64,000 nt of DNA, from positions 124,001 through 188,000 of the forward strand of contig RSEE01000085.1 in the NCBI GenBank assembly GCA_003971905.1, given 5' to 3'. This document shows positions 24,527 through 37,900 of the stretch, piece by piece. Under the pieces are notes generated by a model, which made no database searches, had not been told where the DNA came from, and saw nothing but the letters and a program-made list of their open reading frames with translations. This DNA comes from Moniliella sp. 'wahieum' (Eukaryota). Each line of letters opens with the position of its first letter. Within the stretch, counting starts at the first letter, position 1. The translations under genes and the position numbers were made by a program.

Positions 24527-26978
24527 ATGCCTCCCGCCCCACTCGAAACGCTGCCGGAAGCACGGGCGGAGCAGAGCGTCGACGTTGGGCCCACCCTCGC
24601 TCCCGACCCCGGCACCAACAGCCCCCACAGTTCGGGCAACTTTTACTCATCCATCTTGTCTGACATCGTCTCCACCGTGCTGGCTGATGAGGCTATCTCT
24701 TTCTTCCATCCGAGATAGAGTTACTGCAAGCCATTCTCGCGATACCACGTCCTGCTCGTGCCCTGCTGGCTCATCTACTCCAGCGGCAAGACCGATGGCT
24801 TTCTTCCGGCTTATTGTCCTACAAGGATGTTCTTGACCCACAAGCTGCAGCTGCCTGTTTGCACTCGCATAATCTTGTTTCCATTCAGCCCGCTCGGCTC
24901 TCGACTGGCCCGAGTTGCTCAACCGACTATCGCTCAATGACCTGCGCACCTTGGTGCCCAACAGCAACTCTCTTTCCAAGGCGGCCATAATTCAAGCCCT
25001 TGTCGAAAAGAACGATCCCGCCAAGCCTCATCCACGCTCCAACCCCCCCCACACCGCCCCACCCCCAATCCAAGGAAGCTCAGCCCAAGGCTCGTCAGCT
25101 CACACTTTTCCATTTCAACCCGCGAGTTGCTCCACCACCTCCCTCTCCCAAATTGGCATCTCCTACTGCATCTCCCACTGCATCTCCTGTACCTTCACAC
25201 CTATCCCCCACCAGCACATCCTCCCGCTCTTCCTTCCTCAGCCCCAACTTGCCCAACCCCGTCTCTGGCTCGCAGCCATCTGCGCCCGCGAGTCGAGGCG
25301 CTGTGGGCCCAAGTGTCAAGGTACCCGACTCGGTACGGGAGCTGGTTGACCGGGTGGCCCTCCTATTTTATCGTGAATTGCCCGAACCTCAGCGCGGGGC
25401 CGTGGTCGCGTCCTAACTGAGCGGGAGAGGCGAAGATGCCCTGACAACTGCCATCTTGGCTCGAAGTGGACGAACCAAGTTTGTGGGGTATACTATGGAG
25501 CGGACCCCACTGTGGACTTCGCGGGAAGAAGTGGTGGCCTACCACCATGCATCGGAGATGGAGCGCGAGATTAGCTATCGGTTCGAAGTGGGTGAATGGG
25601 AACGCGGCGCCGAGATGGGGTTGGCTTTGCTTCCTACCTGGAAAGCCACAGTGGAGGCAGCCGAGGGACTTCCCACCGTGCCGGGATGGTACACCCGCTT
25701 TATCCCGGCTCATGTCCAGACGCGGGTGCTGTACAAAGCGGCTGCGTGTCTCGGCCGCTTGAAGCGGTACGAGCAAGAAGCGCAAGTGTGGCAGGCACTC
25801 CTCTCTCAGCGTCATTTTCGACAGACCAAACGCGGGGAATGGGCGGAACGTTTGGCGCTGATCTGGATGCAATATGCTCCCACCCACTTTCCTCGCGCCC
25901 TATCCCGCTCGCTCGTCCAAAGCGATTCAGGTTTGTCGGGAAAAAGCGCTGCGACTGTGCGTCGAGACAATCGAGGACCCGCGTACCCACCCCCTCGTTC
26001 TCCCCGCCCTTCAACGCAGGGTGACACGGTTAGAAAGCCTGCTCCGCATCCCCTTTGGGGACAAGCACGATTTTTCCTACCTGGTGGTGCGCGAAGCTAC
26101 GCCTGTCCACTTTACCGCTGTCCGATTGGATCGCATGGCTGCGCCTACCAGTCGTGGGGTCTGGGACCCGGCTGCGAACCAACCTGTTTCCACCCCAGAA
26201 GACCGGCCGCCACCCCAAAAACGCGTCCGGCTCGAGCGCACCCTCACCGACCAGCAACCAAAACGTACCACACCCAAACCCGTCTTTCCATGGGCACAGT
26301 CTGGCGCGGACTAGATGGAAAGGCATGCGGGTGGAGGAACTGGTACTGCAGCACTATGTTCGCCGAGGCTATCGTGGCTACCACTGTGAAGGCGGGCTGA
26401 TCCAGATGGTGGTAAGTCTATTATTGTGGGATCTACTGTTTGCGCCGGTAGCAGGGGTGCTACAGATGCCGTTCCAGGCCGCGCCATTGGACTTGCGTAC
26501 GCCCGACTTTGCCCGTTCGCGGTCCGAGATGCTGGCCGCAGTGCTGGAGCAGGTCGAGCTGCGGGGGCCCGAACTGGTACGCACAACCGACGAACGCGAA
26601 CGACCCCGAAGTGCTGCGGTGGTGGGGTGCCAGTGGGACACCTACTCCCACGATGACGTGGTTCAAGTGGCCGAGGCCTTGGGGGGCGAGGCGCTGGTCC
26701 ACTTGTGCCGCGCGTTTGCCGAGGATTGGAGCGTCAGCAGTTCCGGTCTGCCAGACCTGCTTGTCTGGCATCCTGCCCAGGACGGCGTGGCTCGACCGCG
26801 CATCAGCTGGTGGAAGTCAAGGGCCCCGGGGATCAATTGCGGGAGAACCAGCGACGGTGGATCGATCTGCTGTGTATGTGGGGCGTGTCTGTGGAGCTGG
26901 CGTTGGTCGGGAGGAGACGTAGAGAATGCACACATCCAAGGCAACCTGTTGGCTCGGCCAGGTGGTAGCACTTTATAA
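24527..26978 (+). CDS. FAN1: Fanconi-associated nuclease 1 (VRR-NUC); start uncertain
   Basis: LLSQRHFRQTKRGEWAERLALI, VEELVLQHY..GYRGYHCEG, LLWDLLF, MPFQAAPLDL, SGLPDLLVW, LVEVKGPGDQLRENQRRW (PD-ExK). Confidence 0.9.
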
Positions 26979-27078
26979 CACTTCGGAGGCTCAGGCCAGC
27001 AGAGGCAAAGACATCCGTCGTGCCAAAGGCGCACATGCATCCAATGGTGGTCGTTTCGGTTATGGACGTTCTCATCAA

Positions 27079-27157
27079 GGTGCTATGGTGTAGTGGTTAT
27101 CACGTCTCCTTTACATGTGAACGGAGAAGGTCCGCGGTTCGAACCCGCGTCGCGCCA
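27079..27157 (+). tRNA. tRNA-Val(TAC) with apparent 6-nt intron (27116-27121)
   Basis: GGTGCTA-TGGTGTAGTGGTTATCAC-G-TCTCC TT TAC A[TGTGAA]C GGAGA-AGGTC-CGCGG TTCGAAC CCGCG-TCGCGCC-A; T5 terminator. Confidence 0.9.
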
Positions 27158-27781
27158 AATTTTTACATCTGTTTTTGCTTGAAGCACCACGCTACCTCGC
27201 TTCTATCCATCGTGTCCACACGAGCGACAAAACGGAGCATCAGGGACGAGTGACGCAATGCAGACCGAGCAACTGGAAGGGCAGTGGCCCAGACCATCGC
27301 AGATCTCAATGGCAACCCCGTCTTCTATTAGCCATCTCCAAACGCGCCGGTGGTGACATGTTTGCATCTCGACGTGAGTGCGAGTGTCGGCGAGAGGCGT
27401 CTTTTGCATCATGGGGCTACGGTTAATACAATGTAAGAGGCAGAGTGGCTGAGGTTGCTGCTCGTCCCGGAGGCGTATGGAGCTCTGGTCCGGCCGCACT
27501 GGCACCCACCCAACGCTGCCACCTGTCCCGCACGCCCAAGCGGCGCAAACAGCGCTTTGCCCCGCTTCTCGTTTTTGCCGCGTGTGGCGCCCAGACAGCA
27601 GCACGAGTGCAGTGTCGCCCACCCCCAACAGGGATTGTGTACCACCCCTCTCTTCCATTGGTGCCTCACGCCGTTCGTCGCGGGGCCATCCATCTGCCTC
27701 TGTCGCTCCCTGCTCTTTCCCAACCCCACCTCCACCACGTGCCTCCGTTTTCCTTCTGCGCCATCCCTGCCCATCACCCCC

Positions 27782-29260
27782 ATGCACGACCTCCGCCTCC
27801 CTCCCGCCCCCACACCTGCCGACGTTGCCTATGCATCGGCCCACGGTGCCCGCACACGCCCCCTACGCATTGGCAGCTTGCTCCCTTCTGCCGTGCCTCA
27901 AGAACCGTCCTTTTTTGCTCCGCCTCCGCCACATGTGGAGTTTAAGGCGCTGTCACACCAAGACGTCAACATGGCTGGTTTTGGCGCTCGCAAGTTTGCG
28001 CACCAGCAGCATCTCCTGCGTCTGCATTACAATGCCTCTGCTGCGTCCCAACCTACCCCCCCGCTCCGTACATTTCTGCTTCATCAGTGCCCCACCCGCC
28101 GCCACCTCACTCGCGCATGCGGGCCCAGACAGCCCTTACTACACCCTCCCAGGCTCCAGAGCATCGGGCTAAATGTGCCGATTGTGGTGAGCTGGTCACC
28201 CTGGATCAGCTCGAGGCACACCGTTGCAGCACCTCTCAGGGGGACGCCGATGACTGGCGGTTTACTGAATCCCCGTTAGACAATCTGGGACGTGTTGGCC
28301 GACTACCTTGCGTCTCGAGACCGTCTCCGAAACCAACCCCCAACGCCAACACCGGCTCCACATTCATGCTCTACCCTGCCCACCCCCCAGACTCTGCGCC
28401 CTTCGCCCCATCCTTGGCCGAGGCCAGTTCAGCATCGGTCTCCTAGCCCACGGTCACACGCCACTCCCACTCCCCCCTTGTCGGGGCAGGATGCAGTTGC
28501 TGCATCTCGTCGGGCGCGAATCGAGGAGCAACGTCAAGCAGCTCGACTGGCTTTTTGTCTCCGAAAGATCAAGAGGTCAACCGTGAAATTCGCTTTGGTT
28601 CCGACACATGGCCCAGCCCCAGCGTCGTGGGACAGAGCCAACGCTTCAGTTGGACAAGCCGCGCGGGGAGTTGGCGCGGGCGCAGACTGCGCCCATGGGG
28701 CGTACCTGTGCGGTTTGCCGGACGGGGCTCGACCGGCACGGTAAGTGTTCGCAGTGCACGCGGTGCAAAGGATGTGGAGGCGTTGGAACGCGGGGTGCGA
28801 AGCAAAGATCCAGGATTGCCAGGTATCTGGCACCGTATGTGCTTTGCCTGTTCCTCGCCTGGTTGTTGTGTGAGGCTGGTCAATGCACCGCACTGTGTCT
28901 TTCGTGGCCAGCTTGTCTGTGTGCAGCACTACCACCGTCTGGCAGGCACGGTGTGTGGTGAATGCGGGGAGGGAATCGAGGGCCCGGCTCGTCCGTTGTT
29001 GATGGTTCTCTCTTCCATCCAACCTGTTTTACTTGTCAGTCCCCGGATGCAAGGCAGTATGTTCTCCTTTGGCTCCCCACCCCTGACCACGCATGACTAC
29101 TGCTGGTACTGATTCATGATTACTGATGCCGTCTCGTTTGGGCAGGCCATGGATACATTCTACCAAGTGCAGGGCCAGCGTCTCTGTCCTGTCCACTGGA
29201 CTGCCTGGGCACTCACCCATGGCACCTCGGCGGGAACACAGAGGGTGTCGGTAATGCTCT
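27782..29260 (+). CDS. LIM-domain protein (paxillin/Pxl1-like); boundaries approximate
   Basis: N-terminal CADCGELVTLDQLEAHRC; LIM motifs CAVC..WHRMCFACSSPGC..VCVQHYHRLAGTVCGECGEGIEGP..FHPTCFTC. Confidence 0.75.
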
Positions 29261-29562
29261 CCTAGGGAAATACCACTCCTCCTTCCTTCTCTCCTTGTCC
29301 ATCTCTGGTCTCTTGTTACTGCGCCTCGTGGTGGGAGGGTGTGGTTTTAACCACAGATCTCTGTTACGACCGATGCGGGGAGCTCGTTTTGCTTCGCTCA
29401 AGTGTCCTTGTGTGGGGAGGGCCCTCCACTGTGTACGTCTGATACCCGCGCGGACACAGCGCGTCTGATTATTGGGCCTCTTGGCACTTCAAGCCGTCAC
29501 TCTTTTTTACCTATCTACTGCTCTCGTATCGCACTTGTCTTACTCGAAAATATCATAGGCCG

Positions 29563-30539
29563 TTACCAACGGATCCACTCGCCTCGCATCCAACCACGGC
29601 TCCGCAGCACCGTCAGCAGCGACAGGTGCTGTCTCTGTCGGCGCGGGAGCAGGGGAATAGCCGTGGGGGCGCAGACCAAAATTCTTCCCCGATCAGGTCG
29701 ACGTGCATCGTGCGCAACTCTTTTGCCCTCCGAGGTTCCAACGCCTTCTTCGGCCTTGGTCATTTCTTCCGTCCTTGCACCGGGGCAACAGAGGCGGACC
29801 CTGGTGCCGGAGCCGCGTCGGTCGGGGTGAGGGTGGGCGGCGGGGTATACCAAAACAGGATGGATCCTTTGCGGAACATGGCTGGCTCAGTATTGTAATT
29901 GATGCCACGTTGAAAAAGCATATCGTGCTTGTTGGCACTAACGGATTTTTCCAGTGCCTTGTGCGCCTCGGGCTCCGACAGGCCATCGTGCTGGATCAAG
30001 GACCAAAACGTAGTGTTGTACAAGTTTTGATATGTGTATCGGCCTGGCGCCAGCAAAGTAGTCCCGCACCTCGCGCGCAGTGGGATAGACGACCAGCCGT
30101 CCGTCAAAGGAAGGCAGCGCGTCAAGGCTGTCGAGCGGGTGTGAAAGAAGCGAGGCCAGAGGTGGACATAGGCCGCGGTAAACATGGATACAATGTGGGT
30201 CGTGATCTTGGCTTGGCGACGTGAGTAGAGCTGGGAGTGCTTGTCGAGGAGGAAGGAGTACTCGTCGCTCTCGCCATACGCGAGCAGCGCATCGCCGCGC
30301 AGGGCCGTCATCACGCGCCCCGCCGCGGCGTTCATCAGCTCGAGGGCGCGCGGGTCATTGGGCTTGGCAAAGTGGTGGCGCTTGGCAAAGCGGTGGAAGC
30401 CGTTGCCGTCGAGGCGAACGACCATGTAGGCGTGCGGAAGGACAGGGTCGGGCTGCTCAAACGCACGCACATAGGCCCAGCGCGTGCCTGCCATGGCGGT
30501 GCGTGCGCGGATGGTGCTGGCAAGCATCCTGGCCGGCAT
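29563..30539 (-). CDS. THG1: tRNA(His) guanylyltransferase
   Basis: MAGTRWAYVRAFE, VVRLDGNGFHRFAKRHHFAKPNDPRALELMNAAA, AYGESDEYSF, NLYNTTFWSL, KHDMLFQRGINYN, HVDLIGEEFW (shifted frame). Confidence 0.95.
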
Positions 30540-31206
30540 TGCGCACGCGGCCTGCGCGCTCCTCGGGGGGGCACGCACGAAAAAAAAGAGGCTGCTTACC
30601 TCAGCACGCCCAAGCGCCCCCCAGCCGATCCGGGGGCGATCAGACGATCGGACGCTTCGATTCGGCCTTACTGCAATCATCAATCATCAATCATTATCAG
30701 TCCAGATCCACATAGTGAGCAATGGATCCAGCTCGCGCTGGCCGATGACGATGGCCCCGTGGGCACAACTCGCTCTCGCACGGATGGCGGGGGGGATGGT
30801 GGGGGCGGATGGTGGGGGTGCCCCCAGATGGTGGGGGCGGATGGTGGGGTGCCCCCAGTCTGCCCAGTCTCACACCGCCGATGGCGGAGGACGGTGGCAT
30901 GGCTGCGATCCCACGTGTGATGTCACCCGTCTGCCCCAGCCGCAGGTGGCTGAACTTATAACCCAGCACACATCATGCGTCATGCATCGCCCGCACGCCA
31001 TGGGTGAGCACTGTGGCATGAAACAGGCTCCCCAACTCAACCAGCACCGTTCTCAGGCAATGCTTGCCGTGCTGGGCAGCCGCCTCGCCCCGCCACCGCC
31101 ACCACCACCACACCCACTTATCCTCTGCCGCTGCCCGGCATGCCGCCCCACCTGGGCCGCCCGTTCATGCGTGCAGGACGGGCTGCCCGTGCTGTGTGCG
31201 GCTACT

Positions 31207-33277
31207 ATGGCACCCTCCTCCTCGTGCCTCCCGCCCCCGCCCCCGCTCCCGCGAGCCCCCGCTCCCCATCTCCCACACGGCCCCGGTCGCTCTGGACTGC
31301 TTCCCATGCGGCCGTCGACAGCTGGCCCAAACTCCCCCCGCCCCCGCCGAGCCGCCAGTGCCGCGGGTGAGCCGCATCCGCTCCATCACCGAGCTCATGG
31401 CCCTCCCCGACCTGCTCACCCCTCCTCGCTTGCCGCGGGACCCCATCGTTCTCTGCCACGGCTTGTACGGGTACGATGTGCGTGCCATCTTGGGTGTCGA
31501 GATGCACTATTGGGCTGGCATTATGGATGTGCTGCGCGAGCGCCTCGGCGTTGAGGTTATAATGAAAGGCGTGCCCCCCATGGGCTCGATCCAGGAGCGA
31601 GCCGAGGCATTGCATGCATACCTCTGCTCTCCGCAAGCTGGGATCCGCGGACGAAAAGTGCACTTTGTTGGCCATTCCATGGGCGGTCTGGATGCTCGCT
31701 ATCTCATTACTCGAATTCGTCCTACCCCAGACCAGTACACCCCCTTAACCCTGACGACGATCAGCACTCCCCATCGCGGCTCCCCTTTTATGGATTGGTG
31801 CAATGCCAATATTGGCATTGGCCGCGACTTGGTTGAGTCTGAGATTGCTACGGCACGAAGACAAGGCATCATTCCACCCGCCCACACTCATTCGCGGCAC
31901 CGCCACCCCCACCATGATCCCGACTCTTCAGTGCCCGCGCTGGAAGACCCAATACCCAGCCTACCTTATTCACTCAAATCGCCTCTTTTTGTCAGGAGGG
32001 AGCCAGCAGAAGGCAATTTGGCTTCTCGATCGATGCCAAGCTCAACACTATTTCCCCGACATCGGCACGTACGTCTCCTCCGGCAGACAATAATGATAAT
32101 CCGAAGGACAAGAGCAATTCGCCACGCGAGCCGCCTCGCGCTACGAGCGGTTGGGACACTTCCTTATTTACCCGCGCCCTCGACTCGGTTGGTGGTGGAT
32201 TTAGCGAATGGATGCTGGGGTTACTGGACCAGCCAGCATACGCAATGTTGTCAACGCGCTACATGACACTCCTCTTCAACCCTACGTGCCCAATGTACGC
32301 GGAGTAAGCTACTTTAGTGTGGCGGCACGGATTGATCGGTTGCCCATGTGGCACCCGCTTTGGCTACCCAAGCTGGTGCTCGATGCATCCGCTGCAAGTG
32401 GGACGGCAGCAAGTGTCCGCGACGGCTCGGCTCAGGCCGAGCAGGCCGAGCGCGGAAATGATGGCATTGTTGCTGTTCATTCGGCCATCTGGGGTCATTT
32501 TCTGGGCGTGGTGGAGCAGGCGGATCATTGGGATCTGCGAGGGGGAGGGGCCCCCGTTTCCGTGCTCCGAAGAAAGACCCTATCACAGGACGCCCACTCC
32601 CCACCTCTTCCAAGGCCAAGACAAAGGCCGAAACAAATACCAAAGCCCCGCATGCTCGTCCAAAGTCAGATGAACCTGACACTGGCGCCGACCAAGGATG
32701 GTTGGGTATCAATCGCATCTTGCGCGCCTTACGACGCTCTTCCCCTTCAGATTCAAGCACCCCCAAGAGCAAGCCTCGGACTAGGCCAGCAACCCAGTCG
32801 GCTTTCTTCTCTCCTTTACCTTCCCCTCCATCTTCGGAAGCGTCTACATCATCCCTCTCCTCCCAGCGCCTGGACTCGCACCCCTCTCCATCCGCATCAC
32901 TACAGCCAACATCCCCCGCCCCTGCTGCCGCCCAGGTCGCCAACTGGATCTCAGACCGTCTACCCGACACTGCAGCACCTGCACCTGGACGGGCCCACTC
33001 TGCATTTGCACCCTTGCACACTGCTCCTACTGAGGCAGGGGGGAAAGACGAACATACATCGGCTGCGGTGCACACCGTCCTTTCTTCCGCTCCGACATGG
33101 GGGACGGGGGCACCTTCTGCGTCTCCCACCGTACCCGAGAAGTCGCCCCCGTTATCGCCCTTTGATGAGCCCGGCGGACATCACCCGGATGTCCCGTTGT
33201 CTACACTGAGCGAAGAGGAGCGTTTGGAACGATTTTGGGCGGCCATCTGCCGTCACTTGTGGGAACGTGGTTATTGA
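31207..33277 (+). CDS. TGL2: Tgl2-like triacylglycerol lipase (alpha/beta hydrolase); start approximate
   Basis: PIVLCHGLYGYD, HYWAGI, GHSMGGLDARY, TISTPHRGSPF, NDGIV, DHWDLRG, LERFWAAICRHLWERGY*. Confidence 0.85.
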
Positions 33278-33634
33278 GCTTCAATCCGTGTTGAGTTGCC
33301 CTCGCTTTGTCTCCCACGCACCTTACATTTGCTGTGTCCGCATATATTTACATGATGCTCTTGTGATACCTGCGTTTTCTCAGTAGGTTGGTACGAATGG
33401 GGTAGGAGGACAGGAGCATCGACAAGTATCGAGCAGTAACGAGTAACTTGCTTCCAAGTAGCCGTTCGGAACGGTCCCGAAGGTGCGCCACACGGGGGGG
33501 TTCCACGACGCGGGCGGTGAAAGTTATAAAATGGCGGCTAGTTCCGCCGGTGCGAAGAAAGGCACTGGGCCAGTGGGTGTTGAGCTCCTCCGGTTTCCGC
33601 CGGCCACGGCGACCCAGTTTGTTGGCCAGTGAAT

Positions 33635-35861
33635 ATGATTGCCAATCCAAAGTGCGTACTTCGCTCGCCGTTGTGGCGGCAGCCACGGCCCTTCCCCAAC
33701 CATCTCTCGTTTGCCCACTGGGCCGCCACCCCGTTCCTCCCCCGCCCCCGCACTGCCTGCTGTCTGCTTCAGGCCCAGATTGGTGCCATGTTTCCCTCAC
33801 CACTTCCGGCTTCTACACCGTCTCCTGGCCGGCTCCAGCACGGCAGCGCGCTCAGCTGTGGGCGTGCGCTGGGGGTTCCCTGGGCGGCAGCATACGCGTC
33901 TCGGCCGATGGCCAGGGCTGGTGATGCACGTTCCTTTTGTCAAGTTGGCGCAGCCGGCAGAACTTTGAAGCACTTTGGTGTCCCTTCCACCCGGCCTTTC
34001 TCTTCCTCTGCCCATCTGTGGGCTTCTGAGCCCCCACGCCGCCCACCCGGTTCTGGTTGGGTGCATCTGGAGCTGTACGACTTGCTCGGCGTCGATCCCA
34101 CTGCTTCCGCCAGCAACATCAAGATGGCCTACTATAGTCTGGCAAAGAAGTATCATCCCGATACCAACCCGGACGAATCGGCCAAGGAGCGCTTTATTCA
34201 AATCCAAAAGGCATACGATGTACGTTGGCCTATCTTTGTTTTTGTTGCTCTAGTAGTAAACTAACTTGATATCACTGCTCCCAGGTCCTGTCGGACACAC
34301 GAAAACGTGCTGCCTACGACCGTTTTGGCACGCTGGACGGCACCGCCCCCCTGGCGCCGGATACAGTGACGCAGGCTCGTCCTTTGGCGGGCCCAAGGGC
34401 CCACCCGGCGCTGCCAAGGGTATGTGGAACCCATTGGGAAGCAGCTTTGATTCCGACGCATTGTTCGAGGAGATGTATGGAGCAATGGGGCCTCGCGCCA
34501 CTCCCTTTCGTAAAGCCTCCGCTCCTGGCGAAAGCATCCATACCAAAGTGACCTTGACCTTTGAAGAGGCGGCGCTGGGTACCACCAAAGATGCACCGCT
34601 GTCCATCTCGGTATCTTGCTGGGAGTGTTACGGATCTGGTGTCCGTCCCGGTCGCGACTCGCTCGTCTGTCCGGATTGCAGTGGCACTGGTACCACCTTT
34701 TGGGCCATCCATCGCCGGACCCGTGTGGCTACCGTGTGCACCAGCTGCAATGGCGTCGGTCGCGTTGTCCGCCCTAACGATATGTGCATCGTATGCCATG
34801 GAACGGGCCGGTTGCGCGAGAAGGTGACCCAGGCGGTCCCCATCCCGGCCGGGGTAGAGGACGGGATAATGCGGTTGGAAGGATGGGGTCATGAGCCGAG
34901 CGATGGCGAAGGGCAACGGGGTGACCTGCTGGTCGACATTGAGGTACTTCCGTCAAAGACCTGGCGCCGGGAGGGGACACACTGGTACGAAACCACTCTC
35001 CCCTTTTACACGGCCGTGCTGGGAGGGACCATTAAGGTCCCCGTCCTGGATGGGATGGTCGATGTTCGTGTTCCTGCAGGAACCCAGGCCTCGGACGAAG
35101 TTATTGTTCCCGGTCGTGGGATCCCGATCCTCGATTTTAGTGGCCACGTCGGCTCTACCTTATCCCGAGCCAAGGGTGATCTCAAGGTTATCTTCAAGGT
35201 TGGTACACCTCGAGACCTAACCGAACAACAAAGGAAGGTGTTGGAAAATATGGCCAACGAGTATGAAGGAAGGGGCCGAGCTCCTCCATCCTTTTCTTCG
35301 TCCCGGCCAAGCTCCGAATCCAGTCAGTCGGCCAGGTCGGATGGCGCATCTAAGCCCAACTCCTCCAGAGGTCCTCCTCCTGGGGCGACCGCATTCCGCA
35401 AGGAAACTTCGTCTGGTACGTCCTACCATGCCATAACTCCATCTCCACTCTACTAACCACCCCTCTCCCCCTCCCCGCCCTTTTCTGATTTAGATGGATT
35501 CACAACTGTTGAGCGGGCTTACGTATACGAGAATGGCAAGGCGCGTGCGTACGAGCGAGTCGTTGGCCCTGATGGCAAGGAGACATTCCGCAAGGTTGAC
35601 AATCCCTCCAGCCCAATGGCCACCATGTTCGAAGATCTCAAACGCCAAGGCGTCTTCCCGAGTGCCGGTCCCACTGAGACAGACGAGTTTACGCCGAAAT
35701 CGCGTTCCAGCCGAACCGCTCTCTGGGTGCTGGTGGGTACGATCTTGGTCGCGTTTGGGTTTTATCGGTCCTCCTCTCCACCCACTCAGACCCCCGAGGA
35801 TGTGTACCAGCAGGAGAGGGCGTCGGGAGAACGCTTGTCAGGAACTGAGCGGATGCTGTAA
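33635..35861 (+). CDS. MDJ1: Mitochondrial-type class A J-protein (Mdj1-like) with spliced C-terminal TM extension
   Basis: Presequence-like N-terminus; J domain with HPD; intron 34220-34284; four CxxCxGxG repeats; C-terminal domain; intron 35416-35493 (GTACGT..TACTAAC..TAG) joins in frame to an exon ending at 35861. Confidence 0.8.
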
Positions 35862-35967
35862 TGCTTCCCCTTTGCCTCTTTTACTTGTTATGGGACTACC
35901 TTGAAGCACACTAGCTTTGAGCTGCCACATGGGTTGCCTCTCTCATTTTGTTCTGATCTGGTTGGCT

Positions 35968-36533
35968 TCACCCGTGTTTATCGCTAATCTCGACTGCATC
36001 CAGCTCGTCGTCAGACATGGCAGAGGAGAACCAACGTTCTTCCAGGCTAATGCGCACGTCATTCCCGCTCATGTGACGCTTGCACATGCGGCCGTCGGGA
36101 GCAAACGTCCAGTGTTCCAACCCATAACAACGCCACCACTCAACCTCCTCCGTCCCCTTGTAATCTGGCCAGAAGGACGGGCGTATTCATACCAAAATTG
36201 CACAGCGATCTTGTGTGTGTCGTAGGCAAACAACTGTTTCTTCAGGATGTAAGATGTCTCTCTTGCCCACTTTGCATGTAAGAATGCTTCAATCTGCTTG
36301 TGCCCAACGAGAAACTGGTCTCGGTTGCGCCAGATGCTGTCTTGCGTGTACGCCTGGATGACCTTGCTGGGGTCCCGGGTGTTCCACAACCGCTGCGCTG
36401 CTTTGACCTGGACAACCCGCCGCAACAAGTAAAGTCAGCATAGTGAAAAGCGTGTCCCCCCAAGCTCAGAAGACGGGTTGAATTTAACCTTTTGGATGGC
36501 GACAGGACGCGTGAAGGGAGGTAGTAGAGACAT
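35968..36533 (-). CDS. DUF1348 / SnoaL-NTF2-like protein
   Basis: MSLLPPFT..AIQK|VKAAQRLWNTRDP, SIWRNRDQF, IAVQFWYEY, WWRCYGLEHWTF, KRHMSGNDV..ERWF; intron 36408-36488. Confidence 0.9.
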
Positions 36534-37126
36534 AGCTTTGGTGGTGGGTTTGATAGCTGGACCGGTCGAACAGCAATGTGGGTGTTAGCCGATGGCGGAG
36601 GCGGTTCTGAGAAGGCGTACAGCGGGCAGGGCCTTATATAGCTTAGGGAGGAGCGGCTGTGAGCGGAGATAAGGAGAGTCTGAACCAGTAGGAGAGGTGC
36701 GATATTCGAGAGCTTCTGGGCTCGCTTTTGGTAAGCAATTGAGATCGTTGAACGTCAGTGGAGTTCCGAGTTCAACCAAAGATTCCACGGACCTAGTGCA
36801 TTGGTTAAGCGTTAAATGTTAACCCCATGGCCATAAGCCCCAAGGCCGTGAATGTAGAGGATGGCTGCCTGATGCAGGTTCCTCTGTAGTAGGTGGTTTT
36901 GCTGATTGGCTTAGACCACCACCAACACTAGTGCTGTTGAATCATCCTGGTGGACCACCAAGACTCCAGGTCTCATCTTTCTTAGTACTACCCTACTCTC
37001 TACCGGATCTTGGCTCCTCTCCATGGTGCTCAGGCCCAACTTGATTATTTGGCCCCGCTGAAAACTTCGCACTTCGCGGGGACCTTGGTAACTTCTTGGT
37101 AACCTGTGCCGGTTGACCCAAAAATG

Positions 37127-37224
37127 TGACGAGAGTGGGATTCGAACCCACGCCCCGGAGGACTGCGGTTAGACAAGAACGAATTGCCTTAACACAGCGC
37201 GTTAGACCACTTCGCTATCTCGCC
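37127..37224 (-). tRNA. tRNA-Leu(AAG) with 18-nt intron
   Basis: GGCGAGATAGCGAAGTGGTCTAACGCG CTGTG TT AAG G[intron]C CGCAG, long variable arm, GTGGGTTCGAATCCCAC TCTCGTC A; T5 downstream. Confidence 0.92.
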
Positions 37225-37469
37225 CGTGTGACGATTTTTAAGACCCTGGATATTCCTTCCCGGCTAATTCAGCCGCACTTACGTCAATAGGGTGGATTGA
37301 CGGTAGCTCGAATAATTATTACTTGCGCCAAGGCATCACTGGCCTTGTGCCTACCATATACGTCTTTTAGTAGGGTTGTCTGACTAGGGTTGTATGCTCC
37401 AGCTCGTGCTTCGGCATGGCGCCCACGTCCACGCAAACCACCTACCTGTCAAGTCAACTCATCGTCACG

Positions 37470-37900
37470 ATGGCCTCTACTGAGCTTGCTGCCACCTACG
37501 CCGCCCTCATCCTCGCCGACGAGTCGGTCGAGATCACTGTGCGTACCCCACCCTTAACCGTGGTTGATGCGCGTTCAGCGCGCCAATCTGCATCACCTAT
37601 TGACATTCTGGCAATCTGACTTCTTTCCATGATTGTTGCAGGGGGAGAAGATTCACACTCTCACCTCGGCTGCCCACGTTGACCTTGAGCCCATCTGGGC
37701 CAACCTCCTCGCCAAGGCCCTTGCCGGCAAGGACGTGCAGGACTTGCTGACTTCGGTTGGTGGTGGTGCCGCTGGTGGCGCCGTTGCCGCTGCTGGCCCC
37801 GCCGCCGCTGGTGACGCCCCGGCCGAGGAGAAGAAAGGAGAGAAGAGGAGAAGGTGGGGAGGAGTCGGACGACGACATGGGCTTCGGTCTGTTTGACTAA
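37470..37900 (+). CDS. RPP1: 60S acidic ribosomal protein P1
   Basis: [54 protein letters not shown]; intron about 37539-37641. Confidence 0.95.
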
